A DNA stretch of 64,000 bases. Source: Acidobacteriota bacterium (GTDB lineage Bacteria; Acidobacteriota; UBA890; WLXD01). Location: contig CAXWPL010000005.1 in NCBI GenBank assembly GCA_963666215.2, forward strand, positions 384,001 through 448,000, written 5' to 3'. A program made the translations under genes and the position numbers. Each line of letters starts with the position of its first letter. The stretch's first letter is position 1. The notes beneath the pieces were generated by a model, which saw nothing but the letters and a program-made list of their open reading frames with translations, had not been told where the DNA came from and made no database searches. This document shows positions 19,054 to 27,772 of this stretch, piece after piece.

Positions 19054-21270
19054 TCAGCGAATCGCCGGGAGCAGGCTCCGAGCATCGACGATCAGGCGGA
19101 GCCGGTCGGGGTGCTGCGATTGCTGGGTGCGCCCCAGGAGAAACGTCTCGGCGTTGGGCGAGATGTCGTAGAAGCCGTTGTGGTTGTGAATCTCGAACAA
19201 GAGTTCGGCAGTCCCGGCGGCAAACTCCGAGGCCGTGTGCACCGGGACCGAGTAGATTCGGTAGCCCGTGTTGAAGAAGAGCTCGTCGCCGGAAGCGGAC
19301 CACTCCGGAAACCGGCCTCCCTCCGTCGAGATCCGAAACTTCCCGCCGGGTCCAGGGAAGGGGCGCACGTAGATCTCGAATCGACCCGACTCGTCGGTGT
19401 TGTAGGCGAGCCAACGCCCGTCGGGCGAAAAGGCCGCCTGGGTCTCGTGGAAGCGCGTGCGAAGGAACGGGCGCGGCTCACCCTCGCCGTCGGCTGGAAG
19501 GATCCAGAGGTCCTGACCGGTCTCGGGGTGAAGCTCGGTGTAGACGAGCCATCTACCGTCGGGGCTCCAGGAATCCGCAAACTTCGGGTGGTCGGACGTG
19601 TACACGAGCTCGCCAGGGGCGCTACCGTCGGCCGGCACCGAATAGAGATCCATGGGTCCACTGCGGTTGGAGCTGAAGACAACCGCATTGCCATCTGGGC
19701 TCCACAGCGGACTCATATCGGGGCTGAGCGCCGACGTCAGGCGCCCGAGCGCGCCACGCGCCAGATCGTAGCGCCAGATGTCTCCATCCGAGGCCATGAT
19801 GACCGACTGACCGTTGGGCGAAAGCCTGTGGTGCCCGTAGTCGCTCGGAGGCAATGTCAACGGCCACGACTTCCCCTGCCGGTCGGACCAGACCAGCGTG
19901 CCGAGGGCGAGCTCCCCGGGCACGTAGATCAGGGATCCGCTCGCCGAAACATCGAACTGCGCCGCACCTGTCTGAAAGGTCATCAGCTTCTCGACGATCG
20001 GCACCGCCGGCCCCGTGATTTCCAAGGTTTTTTGGTTGTAGGGCAACGAGAACAATGAGCCCGCGCGCGCGAAGACCAAGTGACCCTCGATCAGATGACG
20101 AGGTTGCCACCCCCCCGACTCGAGCAGGACGCGCCGCTCCAACCCCCGAAGTGCCAGCACGACGATCGCCGGAGGCTCAACCGCGGACATGCCGACCCGC
20201 ACGACGTTGAAGGCCAGCAGATCACCCCCGGGCAGGAAGACCGGCCACTCATGGTTGTATTCTCCCGCCGCTTCGTCCGGGGTGGTCAACGCCTCGGGGA
20301 CACCACCACCAGAGGAAACGCGCCACAGCCCTGACTCGACTCCCTTGGAAAAGACGATCGTGCCATCCGGCCCCCAGGCAGCGCCGTAAACAGGGCCCTC
20401 CTCGGTCTCGGCCACCACCGCGGTGGGTCCGCCGCGCAGGTCCACCCTCTTCAGCTGATGCTCGGTGAAGAAACCCACCGACTCCCCGTTCGGAGAGAAA
20501 AAGGGCCCGTATCCGCCCGCGGTCCCGGGAATCGGCCCGCCCTCGAAGCCCTCGAGGCCGAGCTGGTAAAGCTCGTTTTCGCCTCCGGGAGAGCCGCGAT
20601 AGACGATGCGAGCACCATCTGGCGATATCGCCAGGCTTGGCGGAGTGCCCGGAGTAATGGGCACACTCAGCGCGATCGGTATGTTCAAGGGCGAAGGCGG
20701 ATCGGATGCGGGCCGCGGCCAGGCGAAATACGCCGCGCTGGCGACCAGGATACCGGCGATCAAGCCAATCGATCCCCAGCGTAAGTGCGCCGTCGGTGAT
20801 GCCTCGAGAGTGCCAACCGGAGAAAGCAGGACGTCCGGCAGCCATCGCGGGCCAGGGTTTGCTTCGGCGTCGGTTTGCACGCGGTTCACCGTCGCGATGA
20901 ACCGGTAGCCGCGCCGGTAAACGGTCTGGATGTAGGTCGGCGTGTGGCAGTCGTCCGCCAGCACCTCCCGAATGACGCCTACAGCCTCGCTCGGCGACTG
21001 ATCGGTGACGTAGCTATCGTGCCAGACCGAGGACACCAGCTCGTCCTTGGAAACAATCTGGCCGGCACGGTCGAGGAAAAGCTCCAGCACGGCTAGCGCC
21101 CGCGGCGGAAGATAGAGTTCATCACCGTCTCGGGTCAGGATGCCCGACGGCCGGTCGAACCGGTACGGGCCGAACGTCAGGACTTCGGCGATCGGCGGAG
21201 GGGATGGCTGCGCTGGCACGTACGATCGGGCCGCAACCGGATCCCTCATCTCGTTTGTCTGACTCCCCAT
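19054..21270 (-). CDS. Membrane-anchored CadC/ToxR-like winged-helix regulator with TolB/PD40 beta-propeller
   Basis: N-terminal FGPYRFD...VSKDELVSSVW...YIQTVYRRGYRF (OmpR-type wHTH), one TM helix, and repeated WSPDG/FSPDG motifs. Confidence 0.9.
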   Translation of the reverse strand: MGSQTNEMRDPVAARSYVPAQPSPPPIAEVLTFGPYRFDRPSGILTRDGDELYLPPRALAVLELFLDRAGQIVSKDELVSSVWHDSYVTDQSPSEAVGVIREVLADDCHTPTYIQTVYRRGYRFIATVNRVQTDAEANPGPRWLPDVLLSPVGTLEASPTAHLRWGSIGLIAGILVASAAYFAWPRPASDPPSPLNIPIALSVPITPGTPPSLAISPDGARIVYRGSPGGENELYQLGLEGFEGGPIPGTAGGYGPFFSPNGESVGFFTEHQLKRVDLRGGPTAVVAETEEGPVYGAAWGPDGTIVFSKGVESGLWRVSSGGGVPEALTTPDEAAGEYNHEWPVFLPGGDLLAFNVVRVGMSAVEPPAIVVLALRGLERRVLLESGGWQPRHLIEGHLVFARAGSLFSLPYNQKTLEITGPAVPIVEKLMTFQTGAAQFDVSASGSLIYVPGELALGTLVWSDRQGKSWPLTLPPSDYGHHRLSPNGQSVIMASDGDIWRYDLARGALGRLTSALSPDMSPLWSPDGNAVVFSSNRSGPMDLYSVPADGSAPGELVYTSDHPKFADSWSPDGRWLVYTELHPETGQDLWILPADGEGEPRPFLRTRFHETQAAFSPDGRWLAYNTDESGRFEIYVRPFPGPGGKFRISTEGGRFPEWSASGDELFFNTGYRIYSVPVHTASEFAAGTAELLFEIHNHNGFYDISPNAETFLLGRTQQSQHPDRLRLIVDARSLLPAIR

Positions 21271-21616
21271 CGCCGAGTGGCTCGAACCCGAGGTGCCGTG
21301 ACGGGGCTGCTGACGAGACTACCGGGGCGCGCTGTGCGCTCGGCAATTTAAACCCGGCTTGGTTGTCACACTAGACCGGTCGCCAAGCAGCTTCAAGGGG
21401 TAGCGCAGGCGCCGCGAATGTTCAGAGCGTTGGCAGTCTGCTCTGACGCCGACGTGGGCAACGGCAACGTCGGCTATCTGCGCAGAAGCGAGCCCGGGCC
21501 TTCAGCGATGGCCAAGGGCGTACAGATGCCCATCGGCGCTGCCGATATAAAGCGCTCCCTCTTGCACCACCGGCGACGAGAGGAACGCGCCGAGGTCGAG
21601 GAACTAGCAAGGCCCG

Positions 21617-23063
21617 CTAGCGCACCACCTGGCCGACGCGCACATCGGCCCAGATACCGGGTCCCACAGTGGCGGCAGTGAACGGAATGAGCTTGAGACG
21701 CGTGGCGCCCACCGTGCGTGTGCGCACGAAGATCGCCGTGCCATCGGCGCGCCGGATAATCACCCGGATGCGCATCTGCTTGCTGCCGGTGTTGTAGGCG
21801 GCGAAGGTCCACTGCGAGGTCTCCGACGGACGGGCACCGAGCACGATGGCACGCTTCGCCGCACCGTCGCCGGCCACGAACGGGGGTAAAGGAGCGTGGA
21901 ACGGATCGCGGCTGACGTTCGCAGAGCCCCTGGGGGGCGGGCGGTCAGCGAAGGCGGCGTGCAGGTTGATGCCGAGAACGATGTGCCGGGGTGACAAGAA
22001 CGAGGCCGACCCGCGAAATACGGTCTCGTTGTCCACGGGCCAGAATTCGTTGACCTCGCCCGACCGTACTTCGAAGGGCTCGAGACCGAAGGACGCGTTG
22101 ATCGGGGCGCCTGCGACTGGCCTGAGCCGCGCTTTCACCTGCGTGGCCGTCGGGCCGTCGTTGCGCAGGGTGAAGGTGGTTTCCGCGTTCTTACCTTGAA
22201 GGACCATGGGGACGTGGATTCGCGTGTTGAGCTCGACCTTCGGGACGAAGATGCGGTATGCGACGTCGTTTGAGCCTGCGTAGATGGTCTGGACGAACGC
22301 CGAGAGCCCACCGCCGTCCGGCACAACCAGTTGCAGGCGGTTGTTGTCGATGGACGGCTCCCCCCACGGATCGATGTCAGCTATCGAGCGACCGAGCACA
22401 CGCTCGGGTGCGACCGTTCCCTCCACGAAGCCCGCGAACCTTCCGAGCCCGTCCTCGAGGAACAGTTTGTAGTCCAGGTGAGTCTCGCCGCCGTTGTAGA
22501 TGAAGAGCGTCGAGTCGGCACCATCACCCTGTAGAACCCCATCGACATCCCAGGTGGAGAAGCCCACCCGATCGCGCAGCAGCCCGCCACCGAGCAACGG
22601 ACCTTGCGAGGTCGCTACGGGAAGAATTCGCGTCACAGCCTGCTTGGATGGGGGCGCAGTAGGTCGCGCTCGCGCCGATCTTGGTGTTCGAGCGGAAGAA
22701 CAAGGTGCCGGGCGCGCCACGTCCCGGGAGTACGCTCGAGTCCAACGTAAACAATTCCCGGGGTCCGATTTGCTGCCAGCTGGTTACGACTTCGGGTGCG
22801 CGGTTGCCGCGCTGGGTGGTCAAATCGACGTTCGCCGTCACCCGTGGAGCGAGATTGACAGGGTCCAGAAATGACATCCGCGAGTGCGTGGGAAGGGCAG
22901 CGATTGCTTCCTCCGAAATCGTCTCGGGAATGCTCCGCCCGCCAGCGTTGGAGAAGCCCGGTTCGCCGACCTTAGCGGCCGATTTCGCGGCGGATGTCTG
23001 GGCGAACGGATGGGTAACCAGCGCCAGGGCCACGATACCCGTCATGGCGGTGGGTCTGCTCAT
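21617..23063 (-). CDS. Hypothetical secreted beta-rich protein, apparently frameshifted near 22650
   Basis: Signal peptide at 23063; coding-like sequence switches frame at the G run near 22650 into ORF 21617-22720. Confidence 0.5.
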
Positions 23064-23225
23064 GCTCTCTGCCTCCGTGGGTACGCGTGAAGTCCGCCGC
23101 CTACTCGCTCCGTTTGTTGAACGTTGTGCTGGAGCAACCGCACGACTTGTCGCATGCCCGCCACTATTCGGGAAATCGACCGCGCGTTCAACCGGAGCGG
23201 CCCTGAGGTCGTCGAGGCGCGGCCG

Positions 23226-23852
23226 CTATTCAACGACAACGCGCTGCCGGCGAGAGCGCATCCCGTCCAGCAACGTACGCGTGGTCATTCCGATCAGCCC
23301 ATCAATCTCGTCGGTCGCCTGGATCTGTCCCTCGATCAGCAAGGACGCCAACCCGTGCACGGCGCTCCAGGCCACGTAGGCCTGCAGTGAGGGATCCTGC
23401 CTCTTGATCCCGCCGCTGCGCTGGTGGGCCCGGATCACCTCGACCAGGTGTTCGTACAGGGCGTTCGCGGCCTCGCGCAGCTCGGGTAGATCTTCGCGGG
23501 TGAGCGCCTCCCTGCCGTACATCAGGCGGTAGTGCGCCGGATTCTCGAGCGCGAAGCGCACGTACTCCTCGCCGAGACGCCGGAACCGATCGACGCTCGA
23601 TCGCGGGGCGCCCGCGTCGATGGCTTGCACGCGGTCGTTGAGACGCTTGAACCCTGCCGCGGCAACCGCAACGAGGAGCGCTGTCTTGTCGGCGAAGTGA
23701 CGATAGAGCGCCGCCCGCGATACGCCGAGGCGTCCGGCGATTGCCCGCATCGTCACGCTGGCCACCCCGTGCTCAGAAATCATCGCGGCGGCTTCCGTAA
23801 GAAGCGCTGCCCGAAGATCCCCGTGGTGATACGCGCCGGCCCGGTCATTCAT
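23226..23852 (-). CDS. TetR/AcrR family regulator (YHHGDLR subtype)
   Basis: YHHGDLRAALL, HTH VTMRAIAGRLGVSRAALYRHF, C-terminal AWSAVHG. Confidence 0.95.
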   Translation of the reverse strand: MNDRAGAYHHGDLRAALLTEAAAMISEHGVASVTMRAIAGRLGVSRAALYRHFADKTALLVAVAAAGFKRLNDRVQAIDAGAPRSSVDRFRRLGEEYVRFALENPAHYRLMYGREALTREDLPELREAANALYEHLVEVIRAHQRSGGIKRQDPSLQAYVAWSAVHGLASLLIEGQIQATDEIDGLIGMTTRTLLDGMRSRRQRVVVE

Positions 23853-23872
23853 CCGTCAAAGATGACCGACGG

Positions 23873-23917
23873 TGTTGACGGTGTCAACATCTCGAATGTA
23901 TGTTGACGTCGTCAACA
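23873..23917. promoter_or_regulatory. Two tandem palindromic operators TGTTGAC-N3-GTCAACA, likely TetR sites
   Basis: TGTTGACggtGTCAACA at 23873-23889 and TGTTGACgtcGTCAACA at 23901-23917, starting 21 bp upstream of the TetR start. Confidence 0.8.
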
Positions 23918-24060
23918 CCAAGTGCCTATCGTACCAGCGTCGTGCTGGGTTGGGCACGACGGCGTGTCGGAGGCCGGGCCCGGTAGCCCGTAACGGTCGC
24001 TGTCGCTATCCCCTAACCCAGATCAACGCGGGCGCCGGCCTGGCCCGCGTAGAGCTCGGC

Positions 24061-24150
24061 GTGGCGAAAGTCGTGCAGCCGCAGATCCAAGACAAACGAA
24101 GCCACCGTTGATCGGCGCTCGCCTGCACCAGTCCACGATCGACGACGAGT
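24061..24150 (-). pseudogene. Possible tyrosine recombinase remnant
   Basis: Minus strand reads RRSW...DLRLHDFRH, matching the H-x-L/F-R-H box of phage integrases. Nothing else is recognisable. Confidence 0.4.
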
Positions 24151-24277
24151 TGCAGAACCTCCTCGCTCCATCGCAGAAACCCTCTCAGCCGGCTGTAACA
24201 CCGAGCTGCCGATCGCATAGAACTGGGTGACGGCGAGATTCTGAGATCGAGAGTAGCGGACTGAGGAGGATCGAAGC

Positions 24278-24410
24278 GTGCAGAACGCGATCGAATGTCG
24301 GGGCGTCAGCAAACGCTACCTGCGCTTCACCCTGAGCGACATCGACCTCCAAGTGCCGGAGGGCTCGGTCATGGGCTTCGTGGGGCCGATGGCGCGGGCA
24401 AGTCGACCAA
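24278..24410 (+). pseudogene. ABC transporter ATP-binding protein, N-terminal remnant
   Basis: GAGGAG RBS, then VQNAIECRGVSKRY...GSVMGFVGP, a frameshift, GAGKST (Walker A), and truncation. Confidence 0.75.
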
Positions 24411-24444
24411 CCGCATCATGAAACCCAAGGGCGGTAACGGGAGC

Positions 24445-25698
24445 ATGAGTGAGTCGGCGGCGGCAGCCACCCCCGTCGCCCGCGGTGAGCGCATCGTCGC
24501 TATCGACGTGCTGCGGGGCTTCGCGATCCTGGGCATCCTGATCATCAACATTCAGAGCTTCGCGATGGTCGAGGCGTCGTACCTGAACCCGGCGGCCACC
24601 TGGCCGGCCGGCGAGCTGACGGGCGCCAACCTGTGGGTGTGGGCCGTCAGCTACCTGTTCGGCGACCAGAAGTTCATGACGATCTTCTCGATGCTCTTCG
24701 GCGCGGGCATCGTGCTCATGAGCGGGCGCGCCGAGGCCAAGGGCATCCGCACCGTCGGCCTGCACTACCGGCGGCAGCTCTGGCTGCTGCTCATCGGGAT
24801 GGGGCACGCCTACCTGCTCTGGTCGGGCGACATCCTGGTGACCTACGCGCTGTGCGCGCTTCTTCTCTATTGGTTCCGCAACCTCTCGCCGCGGACGCTG
24901 ATCGTGCTCGGCGTCGTCGTCGTTGGCGTCTCATCGATGCTCTCGTTCGGCGGCCAGTTCTCGATGCCGTATTGGGACGAGGAGCAGATCGAGGATGGCC
25001 GGCTCGAGTGGGCGCCGCCGCCCGAGCAGCTCCAGGCCGGCGTCGACGCCTATCGCGGCGGCTGGTGGGAGCAGATGCCGCAGCGCGCCGCCACCGCGCT
25101 GGCGCTCCAGACGTTCATCTTCTTGGTCTGGTTCGGCTGGCGTGCCGGCGGGCTGATGCTCATCGGCATGGGGCTGTTCAAGCTCGGCGTGCTGACGGCG
25201 GCCCGTGAGGACGCCTTCTATAAGAGGATGCTGCTGTGCCTGCCGGTGGGCCTGGGGATCGTCGCCTACGGGATCTCGCGCAACCTCCAGGAAGGGTTCG
25301 CATTCGAGTACTCGATGTTTCTCGGCGCCCAGTTCAACTACTGGGGGAGCATGCTGGTTAGCCTCGGCTACGTGGCGATCGTGATGCTGGTCTGCCGGCG
25401 CGGCCTGATGACGGGGCTGACCGATCGCCTGGCGGCGTACGGCCGCATGGCCCTGACCAACTACCTCACCCAGACGATCATCTGCACGCTCATCTTCTAC
25501 GGCCATGGACTGGGCCTCTACGAGCACGTCCAGCGCCCGGGGCAGGTGCTGATCGTCCTCGGCGTCTGGGCAGCGCAGCTCCTGTGGTCGCCCTGGTGGC
25601 TGGCCCGCTACAGCTTCGGCCCGTTCGAATGGGCCTGGCGCTCGCTGACCTACGTACGGCTGCAACCGCTCCGGCGCGTTGCCGAGGTGGGCGGCTAG
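24445..25698 (+). CDS. DUF418/YeiB-family membrane protein
   Basis: RIVAIDVLRGFAILGIL, KFMTIFSMLFGAG, GRMALTNYLTQ, GPFEWAWRSLTY. Confidence 0.9.
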   Translation: MSESAAAATPVARGERIVAIDVLRGFAILGILIINIQSFAMVEASYLNPAATWPAGELTGANLWVWAVSYLFGDQKFMTIFSMLFGAGIVLMSGRAEAKGIRTVGLHYRRQLWLLLIGMGHAYLLWSGDILVTYALCALLLYWFRNLSPRTLIVLGVVVVGVSSMLSFGGQFSMPYWDEEQIEDGRLEWAPPPEQLQAGVDAYRGGWWEQMPQRAATALALQTFIFLVWFGWRAGGLMLIGMGLFKLGVLTAAREDAFYKRMLLCLPVGLGIVAYGISRNLQEGFAFEYSMFLGAQFNYWGSMLVSLGYVAIVMLVCRRGLMTGLTDRLAAYGRMALTNYLTQTIICTLIFYGHGLGLYEHVQRPGQVLIVLGVWAAQLLWSPWWLARYSFGPFEWAWRSLTYVRLQPLRRVAEVGG

Positions 25699-25730
25699 CT
25701 GCTGTCCTGTTCGCCGTACCGCTCCGACAC

Positions 25731-25780
25731 GGGGACCAACCAGAATCAACGGAAACCAACTCAGACCAACTCCCGCCAAC
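25731..25780 (+). repeat. Five degenerate 10-bp tandem units ending in (C/T)CAAC
   Basis: ggggaccaac cagaatcaac ggaaaccaac tcagaccaac tcccgccaac, directly upstream of the tRNA-Leu fragment. Confidence 0.75.
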
Positions 25781-25786
25781 TCCCTT

Positions 25787-25846
25787 GCATCGGACTCAAA
25801 ATCCGGTGGGCTTACGCTCGTGAGGGTTCGAGTCCCTCCCTCGGTA
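25787..25846 (+). tRNA. tRNA-Leu(CAA) 3' fragment (att-like scar, not an intact gene)
   Basis: TCGGA-CTCAAAA-TCCGG anticodon arm, long variable arm GGGCTTACGCTC, T-arm GAGGG-TTCGAGT-CCCTC, acceptor strand CCTCGGT-A. No D-arm adjacent. Confidence 0.85.
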
Positions 25847-25860
25847 CTTTTGTTTTCGTC

Positions 25861-25952
25861 CCACCGTATCCGCCCGAGTTTCGCCGGCAGATCGACGAGC
25901 TAGCGCGGGCAGGCCGCAGCGTGCAGGAGCTGGCCGAGGAGTTTGAGGCGTC
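25861..25952 (+). mobile_element. IS3-family OrfA remnant
   Basis: Translates PPYPPEFRRQIDELARAGRSVQELAEEFEAS, typical of the IS3 OrfA HTH start. Confidence 0.7.
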
Positions 25953-26312
25953 GTCGCGAACCCGGCCCTCGATCAGAACGCCGGAGGCGGTAGAAACGGT
26001 GACGGAGCGATCGATCACGTTGGCCTGAACGGGAAATCCGAGGACCGCGGTGTCGCGAAAATCCGCGTGGCCAGACCAGCCGCCGGCGGCGTCCGGTCTC
26101 AGCTCGATCTCTGCCCGGACCTCCATACCCTCGATGTCCGCGACGCCCTGCCAGCGTCCCATCAGTGAAACCGACTGTCCGGCGGCAGCGAGAACCGCAA
26201 ACACGACTCCCGACACGATGCCGGTCGAGCTTCGTCGTCCCGCGGGTCATGCGGGGAAACAACGCAACATCAGGCTTGACGGGCACGCCGCGTCGCCAGG
26301 GGCGGCCGGTGA

Positions 26313-26954
26313 TCACTTGCCGCGGATCAAGCCATCCTGGTTGTAGTGGTGGACACAAAATAGCGCCCACGAATCTTCGAACGCCATCTCCAGGTCACCG
26401 GTCACCTCGGTCGTGCCTCGTCCGATCTCTCCGTAGGTGAACTCGAAGCTGCCGGTCGGGCGTGCGATTGCGATGTGGAACGGTTCACCATCGAACGTGT
26501 TGATGATCGGTCTGCCGGCACTCTTCACGACACCCGGAATGACGACCTTCGCGGTTCTGAGCTCGAGGTTCACCTCGAGATCGATCGGCAGGAACAGCGT
26601 CTCGAAAAACTCCGAGCACAAGGAACCGAAAACGGAAAAATGATTGCTGAAGGGCGCGCATGCCTCGCCCGAGATGATCGTTTCAAGAGCAAGCCGTTGA
26701 GCCTCGTCCGCGCTCTCGTCGATCACGATCTGGCGCTCGCCGTTTCCTTCCGCAATCTCACCCGGGTACTTGCATATCAGCGCCCAATTCAGGCCCGCGA
26801 GCGGCGTGTCGTTGAAATGACCGTCGACGATCGTGCCGACGTAGGCGAAGTGACAATTGCCATGTGTCGTGGGCTCGTTGAACTGACAACCGCAGCTCAC
26901 GGAACAATTGCAGTTGTCGTAGGTATGGCTCTTGAATTCCCACCGGTCAGACAT
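26313..26954 (-). CDS. DUF1326 family Cys-rich protein
   Basis: W...DNCNCSVSCGC...PTTHGNC, IVDGHFNDTPLAGL, IDESADEAQRLAL. Confidence 0.85.
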   Translation of the reverse strand: MSDRWEFKSHTYDNCNCSVSCGCQFNEPTTHGNCHFAYVGTIVDGHFNDTPLAGLNWALICKYPGEIAEGNGERQIVIDESADEAQRLALETIISGEACAPFSNHFSVFGSLCSEFFETLFLPIDLEVNLELRTAKVVIPGVVKSAGRPIINTFDGEPFHIAIARPTGSFEFTYGEIGRGTTEVTGDLEMAFEDSWALFCVHHYNQDGLIRGK

Positions 26955-27151
26955 GTTGGCAATCCTCCCAGGGCCGGCGCTGCGAGTCAGCGCCGAAACC
27001 GCACGCGCGTCGTGATCCATCTCTGCAAGACCGCGGTCCCCGACGGGAATCTAACCGTTGCTCGGAGAGGGAACAACGGGAGCATAGATCGACGAGCCAC
27101 CCGACCCGGAGGCAGATCGTCCCGCGCCTGCCCGCCGGCCGGCTACGGAGC

Positions 27152-27760
27152 TCAGAGCAGCACGGTCGCCACGCCGGTGACGATGAGCGCCACGGCCCAG
27201 ATCAGATCGAGGTTGATCCACGCGCGCCGTAGGAACCGCACGCCGAACCGCTCGTAGACCACAACCGCGACCAATCCCGTCACGAGCAGATAGCCCGCGG
27301 TATGGACGACCGTGGCAGTGAGCCCCGCCAGCGGACCGCCGGCCGCAGGCAGCATCGAGCCCGACGTGGGGTCAGCCCCCAAGGTCACGGGCAGCACCAT
27401 CAGCCCCGCGCCGTGCGCCGACGCCATCAGGAACGACCAGATCGTCAGCTGGCCCAGGCTCATCTGCATGCCACCGTAGCGCGGGTGCCGGGCGCGTACC
27501 AGCTTGATGCCGCCGAAGACAACCAGCAGTGCCGCGACGAGCAGCTTCAACGCGCCGAGGGGCAACAGCACGCCGAGCGCCGCCGCGACGAGCAGCGCCA
27601 CCACGATCGCCAAGGCATGGCCGGCCGCAAGGGGCAGAAGCGTTCGCCAAACCACCGCTCGGCGGCGCTCCTGCATGCCCAGAGCGACCGCAAAGAGCCA
27701 CCCCATGCCCGGGTTGATGCCGTGGTACGCGCCGAGCGTGAAGAGCGTCGCCCAGGTCAA
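27152..27760 (-). CDS. Multi-TM membrane protein with intramembrane His motifs
   Basis: GAYHGINPGMGWLFAVALG, GHA, SFLMASAHGAGLM, VHTAG; starts 12 bp after the SBP56 stop. Confidence 0.75.
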   Translation of the reverse strand: MTWATLFTLGAYHGINPGMGWLFAVALGMQERRRAVVWRTLLPLAAGHALAIVVALLVAAALGVLLPLGALKLLVAALLVVFGGIKLVRARHPRYGGMQMSLGQLTIWSFLMASAHGAGLMVLPVTLGADPTSGSMLPAAGGPLAGLTATVVHTAGYLLVTGLVAVVVYERFGVRFLRRAWINLDLIWAVALIVTGVATVLL

Positions 27761-27772
27761 GCCGGTGTTGGG

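Noticed and set aside
25731-25780. Possible CRISPR array
   Set aside because: The units are 10 bp, degenerate and without spacers, and no cas genes are present.
25812-26216. 134-aa minus-strand ORF
   Set aside because: It may contain the N-terminal stub of a secreted protein, but it runs into the IS3 scrap and the tRNA fragment and cannot be supported as a gene.
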